From the IMG/VR virus record IMGVR_UViG_2744054987_000003, positions 83,518 to 147,517 of that record: a stretch of DNA of 64,000 bases. The stretch is one strand, 5' to 3'. A program made the position numbers and the translations under genes. Positions 1-9,600 of the stretch are shown in pieces (within the stretch, counting starts at the first letter, position 1; each line of letters starts with the position of its first letter). The notes beneath the pieces were generated by a model, which worked only from the letters and a program-made list of their open reading frames with translations, was not told where the DNA came from and ran no database searches. Source of the stretch: a virus. Lineage: Duplodnaviria > Caudoviricetes.

Positions 1-56
1 CCAGGGCGGGAAAGTCGATGACGGTCATTGCGTTCTCCTCACGTCGGATGTTTCTA

Positions 57-85
57 GTCTAGCAGATGTCTAGAACAACAGCAAG
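57..85 (-). promoter_or_regulatory. SigA-like promoter for the gene running off the left edge
   Basis: Minus strand TTGCTG-17nt-TAGACT, then GAGGAG RBS and ATG at 28. Confidence 0.5.
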
Positions 86-88
86 TGT

Positions 89-259
89 CTAAACGCAGCC
101 GCCGTATCCGCCGCCGTAGCAAGCCGTGGGTGCCGCGCGGGTCGAAGTCGGCGTCGATCTTGCCGCAGCCCTGGCAGCAACCGCAGTCGGTGCACCAGCG
201 CAGTTATTGCAGACACCGAGTTCGTCGCGCACCGCATCGAAGATGGGGTTCAGTCGCAT
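89..259 (-). CDS. Small Cys/Gly-containing hypothetical peptide
   Basis: MRLNPIFDAVRDELGVCNNC...CYGGGYGGCV; starts just after the upstream stop; weak RBS. Confidence 0.5.
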   Translation of the reverse strand: MRLNPIFDAVRDELGVCNNCAGAPTAVAARAAARSTPTSTRAAPTACYGGGYGGCV

Positions 260-263
260 GAAG

Positions 264-524
264 CTAACGCCCACGACGGGCCTCGATCAGTCGCTGCTGC
301 GCGGTAGCGATGATGTCGTCGAGCGTGGGGCCGAGCACCGAATGCTGAATGAACTGGGTGGCCAGCTTGACCTGATCTTCGCTGGGAATGCCCTTCCATT
401 TGGTGCTGAAGCTGGCAGCGGGTTTGATGAAATCGCTGAAGCCGTTGGCGGTTGTGGTCACCGACAGCGTGGCCCCGAAATGCAGGGTCAGCTGCGTCTC
501 GACGATCTCTGGTTCACTGCTCAT
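264..524 (-). CDS. Hypothetical phage protein
   Basis: GAGAGGA RBS before MSSEPEIV. Confidence 0.7.
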   Translation of the reverse strand: MSSEPEIVETQLTLHFGATLSVTTTANGFSDFIKPAASFSTKWKGIPSEDQVKLATQFIQHSVLGPTLDDIIATAQQRLIEARRGR

Positions 525-660
525 CGGATGGTCCTCTCGGTGGGTTGGGACGAGGCGCAGCAACGATCTCGCCGGAGAAAAGAAGGTAAAATTCGGGTCA
601 TGGACCGTGCTTGGCGGGTGATGGAATTGAAACCGCTTTGACGCCTCGCCCCAGGCTCTT

Positions 661-981
661 TCAGATGCTCAAGGTCGCAAACGGGTCACGACAGAACGCA
701 TCACGCATCGCACGCAGGAAGCGCGGCGCGAAATCGATGCGACTCCAAGCATCATCTCGGGACTCGAACTTGTTGCGCAGGAACTCCTCATCGTCCTCCA
801 GCTGGCGCAGTGCCGAAGCCAGCCGGGGCAGCATCTCGATGCCGGTCTTGCTCTTCCAACTTTCGACCTTGCCCAGTCCCAGATGCTCGAACAGCGCGTT
901 GAACCCGTAAGGCAAGCTGGTGAATGCGTGGTTGAGCGATTCCCCGCAGGTGTGACAGTGCACGCCGACGTCGTAGCTCAC
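661..981 (-). CDS. Hypothetical phage protein (CxxC)
   Basis: ORF overlaps upstream stop (GTGA coupling). Confidence 0.7.
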   Translation of the reverse strand: MSYDVGVHCHTCGESLNHAFTSLPYGFNALFEHLGLGKVESWKSKTGIEMLPRLASALRQLEDDEEFLRNKFESRDDAWSRIDFAPRFLRAMRDAFCRDPFATLSI

Positions 982-1166
982 GAGACCGCCTCCAGCAGTG
1001 CCGGATAGGTGGCCTTGCTGTGGACGTCCGCGCCGTAGCGCACATAGGCGTAGCTGTCGCTGACCGAGGTGATCACACCCTCCTCGCCCGGTGAGTCTGA
1101 CGCGAGGTGCGGGGCACGATAGACCACCTTGTGACCGACTTGTTCACGGGCTTCATCGATGGTCAT
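978..1166 (-). CDS. Small SH3/KOW-like hypothetical protein
   Basis: VGHKVVY...GVITSVSDSYAYVRY pattern; ATGA coupling. Confidence 0.7.
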   Translation of the reverse strand: MTIDEAREQVGHKVVYRAPHLASDSPGEEGVITSVSDSYAYVRYGADVHSKATYPALLEAVS

Positions 1167-1564
1167 GCCTGGACCTCACTGACATCGGTGTTCTCCTCAT
1201 CGGTCGCATCAGCGGCTTGTGTTTGCAAGGCTTCGATCTTGGCGCGCAACGAATCCTGGGCCAGACGCATCTCGATGTGGGTCATGGTGGATGCCAGCTC
1301 GTCGGCATACTTCCAGTAGGCCAGGAACAGGATCAGCATGTCGCCGATCATCGTGGCAGGAACCTTGCCCAGCCTGCTCTCTGTGGCAGCCAGTGCGATG
1401 CTGACGGCGGTGGCGGGCATCCCGCGCGGGTCGTCGGAGTCCAAACGGCGTTCTGCCTCGGAGGCCCACTGCTCCAGGTATTCCAGGAACTTCTTGCCGA
1501 CCTCGCCTTCGTCTAGCAGCTCAGCACGCTGCTGCTGCCACAGTGCTTCGTCGCTGACCAGCAT
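1163..1564 (-). CDS. Hypothetical phage protein
   Basis: Likely start MLVSDEAL (TGATG coupling) within the longer ORF. Confidence 0.65.
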   Translation of the reverse strand: MLVSDEALWQQQRAELLDEGEVGKKFLEYLEQWASEAERRLDSDDPRGMPATAVSIALAATESRLGKVPATMIGDMLILFLAYWKYADELASTMTHIEMRLAQDSLRAKIEALQTQAADATDEENTDVSEVQA

Positions 1565-1824
1565 CACGCCACCGCGCCGTCGAGCGGGCGGAACCCGGCG
1601 AGGTCGATGCCCAACTCCTCGGCCAGGCGGGCGAAGATCGGGGTCTCGTCGTGGTGGATCTGGCGCAGCCGCTCGACCAATGCGCCGGGCGGACGTTCGG
1701 ACTTGTACTGCGTGTGGCGTGGCTTGCGACTCGGGGCGGCGACCGCAACAGGTCCGGTGACGATGAGAAAGTTGATGGCAAAGAACGCAAGGCATCCCAC
1801 CATCAAGACCAATGCGTCGTTCAT
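1564..1824 (-). CDS. Small membrane protein
   Basis: N-terminal hydrophobic helix; coupled operon. Confidence 0.65.
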   Translation of the reverse strand: MNDALVLMVGCLAFFAINFLIVTGPVAVAAPSRKPRHTQYKSERPPGALVERLRQIHHDETPIFARLAEELGIDLAGFRPLDGAVA

Positions 1825-2183
1825 GCTGAATCCTTAGTGTTGTAGGGCTCTCTGAGTTGTCGGCCACGGACGCTGACGCTGATGCCCCAACGCCAGATGA
1901 CGATGTAGAAACTGTGGTCGTCATAGAGCGGCTGCGACGTCGAGTGGCCCTCGAACCAGCCGTCGAACTGTCCGGTGAGATCGCCGAAGCTCATGTCGAT
2001 ACAGAACTGCGGTCCCTGGTGACTACCAGACTCGGATTCGCAGCAGCTCGCGAGATCGCCGTAGGTCACGCGCCAGCGTTTGGTCATCGTGTCGCGGTAG
2101 CGGTTGTACCAGGGCAGCTTGCCGTCCCACCAGTCGTCGTCGCGCAACGGCATGGTCGATAACCATTGACTGACCGGCTTCAC
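1821..2183 (-). CDS. Hypothetical phage protein
   Basis: Coupled ORF in early operon. Confidence 0.6.
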   Translation of the reverse strand: MKPVSQWLSTMPLRDDDWWDGKLPWYNRYRDTMTKRWRVTYGDLASCCESESGSHQGPQFCIDMSFGDLTGQFDGWFEGHSTSQPLYDDHSFYIVIWRWGISVSVRGRQLREPYNTKDSA

Positions 2184-2335
2184 CGGCTGGCCCGACTTCC
2201 CAACGCCATGAGCGCAGCGCCGACGATCAGCGCAGTAAAGATGTGCGCCAGGTAGGCCACGGGATTGTTGCTCAGCCCGGCGGCGATGCCGAAGCCGATT
2301 CCGGCTGAAACAGCGACGAATCCGGCGGTGGTCAT
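2180..2335 (-). CDS. Small two-TM membrane protein
   Basis: MTTAGFVAVSAGIGFG...; ATGA coupling. Confidence 0.6.
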   Translation of the reverse strand: MTTAGFVAVSAGIGFGIAAGLSNNPVAYLAHIFTALIVGAALMALGSRASR

Positions 2336-2718
2336 ACGATCACTCCTGTTCCCTTGGCGCGCTTTCCGGGTGGCGGCTGACTTGACTGCTTGCTTTCGGG
2401 ATGGAGGAGCACGCCGTACTGAGGGCAGTAGGCGCTGATGGCAGCGGTGATGATGACCGTTGACGCCTGCGCGTCGAGGGTCGAATGCACCATGCGCTGG
2501 ACGATCTCGGCGATGGCGAAGCCCGAGTCGATGTTGCGGCACAGCTGGTGTCCCAACGTGATCGCGTATTCGCGGCTGCGGTATCCGATCTTGTTGGAAT
2601 CCAACGTCTGAAGGTAGGTCGTGTCGGCGCTGTTGTCTGCGTGCGCGTCAGCGGTCGGTGCGACCAGTGGCGACAGGAGCACTGCTCCGATCAATGCGAA
2701 GCCCGGAAGTCTAGTCAT
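2332..2718 (-). CDS. DUF732-like secreted protein
   Basis: Signal peptide ending AHA-D, D..YL..L, GHQLC, AAISAYCP motif. Confidence 0.8.
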   Translation of the reverse strand: MTRLPGFALIGAVLLSPLVAPTADAHADNSADTTYLQTLDSNKIGYRSREYAITLGHQLCRNIDSGFAIAEIVQRMVHSTLDAQASTVIITAAISAYCPQYGVLLHPESKQSSQPPPGKRAKGTGVIV

Positions 2719-2759
2719 CGTCCAGTGGATTCCCTTCAGTAGGGCAGGTGTCTCCAACG

Positions 2760-2788
2760 AGTGTATAGCACTTGACTAGAGGGCGCAA
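2760..2788 (-). promoter_or_regulatory. SigA-like promoter of leftward early operon
   Basis: TTGCGC-17nt-TACACT. Confidence 0.55.
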
Positions 2789-3217
2789 GTCTTGTCCTGG
2801 GTGATCCTTGGTCGACCGTCTTCCTGATTTTGGGCAGAGTTCTCGCAAGGATTAGGCAATAAGTCCAGGTCAATTCATGTTCAGTTGTTGTCTATCCAGA
2901 CACCACACTCAGTACCTGGCCCGCCGAAGGCGGGATGAAAGTACACCGAAGTGAGGTGTACTTTCCGGCCGAAGGCCGGTGCCCCCCAAACCCCCCACGA
3001 CCGAAAATTTCGGCCGCCGAGGCGGGCGGCAAACCCCTCTAGCCCCTTGTCTTCGAGAGACAAGGAGCTTTCCCGTTGCCACCCAGGTCGTAGTACTCCG
3101 AACAAGGATGGTCGCTGCCCGCGACAGCGAGAGTTACGCGGGGATGTGTCCTTTCGTTGGGAAGCGAGGGGTGGAGCAGGACTCAGCTTGTTTACGGCAT
3201 CTGCGGCATGTCTACGG

Positions 3218-3260
3218 CGTCATTACGTCATTGCGTCATTACGTCATTGCGTCATTACGT
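3218..3260. repeat. Tandem 8-bp repeat CGTCATT(A/G), five copies plus a partial, alternating A/G
   Basis: CGTCATTA CGTCATTG CGTCATTA CGTCATTG CGTCATTA CGT read directly. Confidence 0.95.
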
Positions 3261-3354
3261 TTTGCCCGAAGGCCATCTCTGTGCCTGGCACACCTATACA
3301 CCAGGAGTTACTTTGGGTACTGCCTCGACAGCTGATGCACTGGAGGCTTCGGAC

Positions 3355-3384
3355 TTGACATCATCAGTGGATGTTCAGTACCGT
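3355..3384 (+). promoter_or_regulatory. SigA-like promoter upstream of a long hairpin and the helicase
   Basis: TTGACA-18nt-TACCGT. Confidence 0.55.
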
Positions 3385-3509
3385 TACGACCAGCGTGCTA
3401 GCTTGTCGAAGGCCCCTGTAGGAGAAATCCTCGGGGGCCTTCGTCATTTCTAGCACTCCTCGCGCCGGAACGCAACGCTTGCCAAGTGTGAGGCATTTGC
3501 GTGTAGACT

Positions 3510-5375
3510 ATGTCTAACATGCGACTAGTTGATGACCTCGAAGAAGCTCTCACTGACTACCGGCCCGACGTTCTGTCCCGCTGTGTTGTCGTGGAGGCAT
3601 CACCGGAATGGCCAGGCCAGCTGGTGTTCCAGCCATTCGTTGGCGAACAGGACTTCCTGGCGCGCTACAGCGACTGGATCAGCAGGCACCTCACCCTCAA
3701 CGAGTTGTACAACCTCACAGCGTTCATCGAACTGCTGGAGGCCGACAGCCACACCGTGTTCTGTGCGCCGAGTGCACAACCAATCCTTGATGACTACGCC
3801 CGGCTGAGTGAGCCGCTGACGATCGAAGGCTATAGTCTGCGTCCCTTCCAGACCTTCGGCCTCAATCAGGCGTTGGAGCGGGCGCTGAGCGGCAAAACAA
3901 CCGGCGACAGGATGTTCTTCTGGAACTGGTCAGCCGGAGCTGGAAAGAGCCATGTCAGCGGAGCCGGTGCCAAAGCGCTGTTTGACCGCAACGCCATCGA
4001 CTTGGTCATTGCCTGCACGCTGTCGAAACTCAAAATCAACTTGAGTAGGACGTACTGCGACGACGCCAAACTTAAGTCCGTGGTCAACGACCATGTGCGT
4101 CCAAACATTCGGCGTGAGGGCTATCTCAACCCAGACACGCAGGTGTTCGTGATGAACTATGAGAAGCTGTGGGTTGATGAGGATGCACTGCGTGAGGTGA
4201 CTGCGAATAAGCGAGTGCTGTTCATCGCAGATGAGGCGCATCGTTTGATCTCCGATGGTGCACACAACAAGGCGCGCAAAGCTCTTGACCGTCTCACCAA
4301 AGACTGCCACGCCATCGTCTGGCCGATGAGCGCCACCGTAGTCGACGGTAACCCATTGCGGTTCCGTGACGTGTTTTCGCTCGACGGCAGGCCCGCCAAG
4401 AACCCGTTGGGCACCAAGAAAGACTTCACCGCACGCTACGCACACGAGGTGCGCGAGATCCCCGTCAAGACACGCAGCGGTGGACGGTATACCTTCACCG
4501 CCTACGACTGGAACCTGGCCGCACTCCAGGACATCCGGCATCGTGTTGCTGACCGCACGATGACCGCGCGCAAGACCGACCCTGGCATTCGTGAGCAGTT
4601 CAAGGGCATTGAGTGCATTCCAGTCATGGTGCAGCCCACCGCGCAGCAGCAGAAACTGTTCGACGTCATCACCGATCTTGCCAAGGAGGCCCAGCAGCGC
4701 GAGGAGGCGCTGACGCAGCACTACCTGGCATTGCGGATCGCGGCTACCAACCCCGGCGCGTTGTGGTTCGGTACCGGCCAGCTCGTCATCGACATCTCAG
4801 AGCGCGTGCCGGATCTGCTCGACGCCAAGCACTCGGCCAAGATCGAGGTGCTCAACGGGATGTTGGAGTCCATTCGCGAAGCGCAGGACAAGGCCGTGCT
4901 GTTCTGTCACTGGACGAATCTCGGGCTGCTGCCGCTCGTCAAGCACATCGAAGTGCCTCACGTGCTGCACTACGGCACCGGTCAGACCACGTCGGAATCA
5001 CAGGCCGCGCAGGACCGGTTCAAAAGCGATCCCGACATCACGCTGTTCGCCAGCTCTGATGCGGGCACCTACGGACTGAATCTTCAGTGCGCGCGTTACG
5101 TCATCAGCGCCGACCCCACCTACTCCTACGACGCGCTGGCGCAACGCAACGCCCGCATCGATCGCGTCGACAGTCACCTCGACGGCTTGACAGCCTACGT
5201 GCTCATCACCGAGGGCAGCGTCGAGGAGCGTGTATGGCAGGTCTGCAACGAACGCCGGATGCTTGCCGCTGCGGTCCAGGGCACTTCCGAAGAACTCACC
5301 TACGGTGACGGCGAAGTGTCCAAGTCAGAGATGAACGACCTGAGTTGGTTGGTGTTCGGAGACAAGGAGAAGTAG
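3510..5375 (+). CDS. SNF2-family (SF2) helicase/ATPase
   Basis: LRPFQ, AGAGKS, VMNYE, DEAH, MSAT, GLNLQ, QRNARIDR motifs. Confidence 0.9.
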   Translation: MSNMRLVDDLEEALTDYRPDVLSRCVVVEASPEWPGQLVFQPFVGEQDFLARYSDWISRHLTLNELYNLTAFIELLEADSHTVFCAPSAQPILDDYARLSEPLTIEGYSLRPFQTFGLNQALERALSGKTTGDRMFFWNWSAGAGKSHVSGAGAKALFDRNAIDLVIACTLSKLKINLSRTYCDDAKLKSVVNDHVRPNIRREGYLNPDTQVFVMNYEKLWVDEDALREVTANKRVLFIADEAHRLISDGAHNKARKALDRLTKDCHAIVWPMSATVVDGNPLRFRDVFSLDGRPAKNPLGTKKDFTARYAHEVREIPVKTRSGGRYTFTAYDWNLAALQDIRHRVADRTMTARKTDPGIREQFKGIECIPVMVQPTAQQQKLFDVITDLAKEAQQREEALTQHYLALRIAATNPGALWFGTGQLVIDISERVPDLLDAKHSAKIEVLNGMLESIREAQDKAVLFCHWTNLGLLPLVKHIEVPHVLHYGTGQTTSESQAAQDRFKSDPDITLFASSDAGTYGLNLQCARYVISADPTYSYDALAQRNARIDRVDSHLDGLTAYVLITEGSVEERVWQVCNERRMLAAAVQGTSEELTYGDGEVSKSEMNDLSWLVFGDKEK

Positions 5376-5621
5376 ATGCTCGACGACGAATGGATTTGGC
5401 CATTGCTGGCAGCGGTCGGCTCGCTGCTTCTCGTTGCGCTGATCTGCCTTCCGGTGCGTCAGGTCTACCATCACTACGAGGTCAAGCAGTGCCACCAGTT
5501 CTCGGAGCAGGCTGGCTACACAACGAAGTTCGTGGACTACAACTTCCTCAGCTGGGACTGCCTGGCACAGACTAAGACCGGTAAGTGGGTCGGCTACGAA
5601 AAGCTGCGCGACGTTGACTAG
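5376..5621 (+). CDS. Small membrane protein
   Basis: N-terminal TM helix, GGAG RBS, abuts helicase stop. Confidence 0.7.
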   Translation: MLDDEWIWPLLAAVGSLLLVALICLPVRQVYHHYEVKQCHQFSEQAGYTTKFVDYNFLSWDCLAQTKTGKWVGYEKLRDVD

Positions 5622-5962
5622 CTTTCACGCCGAGCGATCTGCTGGTCGTAGATGTCGACGATTTCACGCAGCTGAGCAACAGGGTCGTCTGTATCGAGGA
5701 TCTCCTGGTATGCCTGGCGGCTCTTCTTGGCGTGCTGAAGCCAGCCTCTCTCTACCCACTTCAGTGCAGCATCAGGCGTAAGCGACATACCGGCTCCCAC
5801 CACAGCACCGTCTTCGCCGCGCTCGGGCCAGAACAACTGCGGCGCACCTTGTTCGTCAAGAAACATGATCCAGCGCCGACCGTCGTCGGTCTCACCCTCG
5901 ATGAGTCCAGCTGATCCGGTCTCGGCAGGGTTCTTGTAACGCTCAATGCTGATTCGCTTCAT
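5618..5962 (-). CDS. Hypothetical phage protein
   Basis: Start MKRISIERY with GAAAGG RBS. Confidence 0.65.
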   Translation of the reverse strand: MKRISIERYKNPAETGSAGLIEGETDDGRRWIMFLDEQGAPQLFWPERGEDGAVVGAGMSLTPDAALKWVERGWLQHAKKSRQAYQEILDTDDPVAQLREIVDIYDQQIARRES

Positions 5963-6026
5963 GGGAATGCCTTTCGGTGAGGGGATAAATCCGCGCCCCA
6001 CCTGGGCACTCATCAAGTATAGCAGC

Positions 6027-6230
6027 TCAGGCAGACAGTGTCCCATCACCGGCAGTCGCACGCTCGATGGTCTGCCACGAGTACTCCTCGTGCCACCCGT
6101 AGAAGGGATGCTCACGGTCAGAGATGGTCGCTGTAGCGAAGTCGTTTCGAGAGCCACTGATTTGCACCCGAAAACCGTTGACGAGCAGTCCACGGGAGTT
6201 CGCCTCTTGCATGATTGCGCCTTTGTTCAT
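6027..6230 (-). CDS. Hypothetical phage protein, probably leaderless
   Basis: TAGACA-18nt-TATAGT promoter ending 6 nt before ATG. Confidence 0.6.
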   Translation of the reverse strand: MNKGAIMQEANSRGLLVNGFRVQISGSRNDFATATISDREHPFYGWHEEYSWQTIERATAGDGTLSA

Positions 6231-6267
6231 ACCTAAACTATATCATGAGTGTCTAGGTAATGTCTAA

Positions 6268-6341
6268 TGGCTGGGGTGTCAGGACTCGAACCTGAATCGC
6301 CCGGACCAAAACCGGGAATCATACCTTTAGACCACGCCCCA
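6268..6341 (-). tRNA. Phage tRNA-Gln(UUG)
   Basis: TGGGGCG..., anticodon arm CCCGG-TTTTGGT-CCGGG, GGTTCGAGTCC, encoded CCA. Confidence 0.92.
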
Positions 6342-6346
6342 GGGAG

Positions 6347-6417
6347 CTGGGATGCAAGGACTCGAACCTCGATTACCGGAACCAGACTCCGGTGTCTTGC
6401 CTTTAGACGACATCCCA
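6347..6417 (-). tRNA. Phage tRNA-Gln(CUG)
   Basis: Anticodon arm CCGGA-GTCTGGT-TCCGG, T-loop GGTTCGAGTCC. Confidence 0.9.
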
Positions 6418-6419
6418 TC

Positions 6420-6503
6420 GGTGCCAGCAGCAGGAGTCGAACCTGCACAGCCGAAGCCACGGAGTTACAGTCCGCTTCCCTCGCCACATGGGGGTGTGCT
6501 GGC
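6420..6503 (-). tRNA. Phage tRNA-Tyr(GUA)
   Basis: Anticodon arm GCGGA-CTGTAAC-TCCGT, long variable arm GGCTTCGGCT, atypical D arm. Confidence 0.85.
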
Positions 6504-6507
6504 TTCG

Positions 6508-6582
6508 TCGGGGTGACAGGATTTGAACCTGCGGCCTTCCGCTCCCAAAGCGGATGCTCTTGCCAAGCTGAGCTACACCCCG
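6508..6582 (-). tRNA. Phage tRNA-Pro(UGG)
   Basis: CGGGGTGTAGCTCAG..., TCCGC-TTTGGGA-GCGGA, GGTTCAAATCC. Confidence 0.93.
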
Positions 6583-6667
6583 TAGGTACGGGGCATCGCC
6601 CCGAGGTCAGCGATAACGCTGTCGGGGTGGTTGCGGTCGAAACTCAGCGGCCATGACGAAAACAGTA

Positions 6668-9600
6668 TCAGCGCAAGTACATCGGCGTCAACGTCATGCC
6701 GTAGGCGTACGCCTTGGGTGACAGGATGCTGGTGGTGACAGCAACTTCGTTGGTCGGTGTGGTGGCCGTAACCTGCGCGCTGCCGTGAGCGTAACGCAGC
6801 GCGGTAACGTCCAGTGACGCTTGGCTGCCCAGCTGTACGGCGTAGCGGATCAGTGCCAGTTCGCAGTAGCAGTCGTTGATGTAGATTTCATCGGCGTCAT
6901 CGCCGGAGACGGTGACCTCCAGAAAGTATTCCTGGTCGTCGCTGTCGGGCACGACAACGAACTGGCCTTGGTGTGTGTACCAGTAACCTGAGGCAGGCTT
7001 GGTAATGATCTCCTGGGAGATGTAGGCCCCGTCAGAGATTCGCTTGATGCGCAACGTGATCTGGTTGTTGGACTGCGTTGGCTTATAGAACACGACGCAG
7101 GGACGAACCATGGCGTTGGCGATGAAGTTCGTCCACTGCGCGATGATCAGACCGGCTTCTCCGGCCCCGGCGGCGCGAGTGAAGTGCACGCTGCGCAAAC
7201 CGTTGTAGACCATGTTGGGGTCGATGGTCATCGCAACCAGCGACACATCCGCGCCCCATTTGGTGGTGGAGTCGCTCCAGGTGGCGAAAGTGTCGCCCCA
7301 CATGCCTGTCGGCACATTGTCGGAGGTGGTGGTGACGTAGTACGCCAGCTGCAGGGGATCGATGTTGGTGTCGAGCGGATCGGCTTGCGCCCACATGGAA
7401 TCCGAGCGCACCAGACCGGAGTCATTGAAGGTGCAATTGACTTTGGCGAAGGTGCTGCGGGTGGTGAAGCTGTTAGCCAGGACGGCTTGGGTTTCCACCT
7501 TCGGTCCCACAGTTACGCTGTCGAACCAAGGCTGCCCGGCAGTCATCGATTCATCGATAAACGGTCGGATGTGCACTTTGTTGACGCCTGTGGGCACGGT
7601 CCAGGTGTAGTCCAGGTGTACCCAGCTCGTTGTGGTGGCGGCGTAGTTTGCGGGATCGATGCCAGCGAACACGATGGACGAATCCACTTCGGTGTCATCG
7701 AGATAGCTGGCACCGCCGATGCCGAAGGCGGGAGTGCCGTCGGTCCCGACAAGGTCTTTCCACCACACCCAGCAGCCGAACCGGATCTCGTCGCCGGGTG
7801 TGACGTCGATGTAGCTCGACAGCGCATCCATGGAAGTGCCGTCGGCGACTGCGGTCAGTGCCCCGAGCTTCCATCGACCGACAGAACCGTCGCGACTCCA
7901 CTTGTCAGCAGGATTCAGGGTCCAGTTGTCGAGGTTGTGATCGAAGCCGGGGTTGATGATCGAATACGTTCTGCCTGTCGTGGTGACCGGGCCGGTGTCG
8001 AGTTGCGCTGCTTGACCGTCGCTGTTCGACCAGTGACTGGAACCGATCTGGTAGACGTTGAAATCGAAGCTGGCAGGGTCTTGCCCGCTGATGTAGGTGG
8101 TTGATAGCGCCATGACCTCGCGGACTCCGGCGAAATACGCCAGAGCGGCGTCGCGAGTCACGGTCTTGATGTCGTAGCGATGCACCGACGTGGTGACGAA
8201 TCGTGTGCGCGTGACAGTGCTCGGCGCACGCCCGAAGACGGTATCGGTCAGTGCGGTCAGACCATTCATCACCGCAGCAGGCATGGCGAAGGTGCCGCCG
8301 GGGAACTTCCACCAGTCGCTGCCCTGTACGGGAGCCGCCCCGGTGGGATTTCGTGCCCAGCTGACCAGTGGGGTGAAAGCGTCGTTGATGGCTTCAGCGA
8401 TGCCGTTGCTGATGGTGGTGATGTTTTCGATCGTGTCGTTGATCAACGTGGTGATTGCGTTGCCCGCCAGCACCTGCGAGTTAGGGGTGGCGCGTTTGTA
8501 GACGTAGGGATTGGCTGATTCTGTGCGAGGGGTGTTCGTGACCACAGTCGAGGACGTCGCGGTGCTGGGCAGCTCGGAGCTGATCGTCGACGCGCCGGTG
8601 ATGACGGTGACCGGTGAGACAGTGGTGCCGTAGATTCTGTCCACCGCAGCGCTAACCGAAGCCGGGTTAAGCCAGTTCACGCTGCCGATGCCGTTGGCTC
8701 CTTGGAACAACTCGGTGCCCAGTTCCATCAGTCCGCCGTTAAGCAGTCCTGGATGCTGTGTGGTGGCGGTCTGCTGAACTGAGATCGGGAAGGTCTGATA
8801 GACGGTTTTGATACCCGAGTCATAGACGGGGTACGGCTCTTGTGTGAGGTTGGTGAACTCCAGCTTGAGGTACTTGGCTGAAATCTTCTGGGGAAAGTAG
8901 AGTTTGCCCGGCCCGGTCAGGAAGTTCTTCCACACCGGGGTCCAGGTCTTGTTGGAGAAGAAGCTCTCGTCAGTACCGCCCGAACCGTGCGTTTGCAGTG
9001 TCCAGTTGGCTGCATAGACCGCGTTGTCGAGCGTGGTGGAAGGTAGCTTGCCGTTCTCGTGGGCTAGCAGCTTGTCGGGAGAGACGTAGACGTTGGGGTT
9101 GGCCAGAAACGCTGAAGCGTGGCCGGTGTAGTCCTCCAACTTGACGATGTGACTGGTAAATCGGCCGCGAAAATTCGTGAAGCCGTCCTCGCCGTCTACC
9201 GTCACCTGCGCGGGGAGGTCTGGGTTCTCGTCAAGCAGGTGCGCGATGACGGTGCCGTTTTGCAGGCAGACCTTGATGTAAACGCTTTGCGACTCGTAGG
9301 TCCATCCCACAGCGATGCGCAGCGGATGACCGGGCACCAACGCTGGCGACAGTGTCGCCGAGTAGGTTTTAGTGTCGGTGCCGTCGGTGAATGCCAGAGC
9401 AATAGCCCCGGCCACCACGTCGTAGTAGATCGTGGGCCACCACTGCGTGCCGCTGTTGTTGCTCGGTGTCACCGTGAACAGGTTTGGGTTGTTGGCCAGG
9501 TGGTCGTTGACCGGATCGAAGTCAGGTATCCATTCGATGCCGATCCACATGTCTTGGTTAACCAGCGGCCCAATCGACATCGGGAACAGGTAACTGCTGG

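Noticed and set aside
3218-3260. Tandem repeat as a CRISPR array
   Set aside because: 8-bp units without spacers and no cas genes
6233-6656. ORFs on both strands across the tRNA array
   Set aside because: Shadows of the tRNA genes
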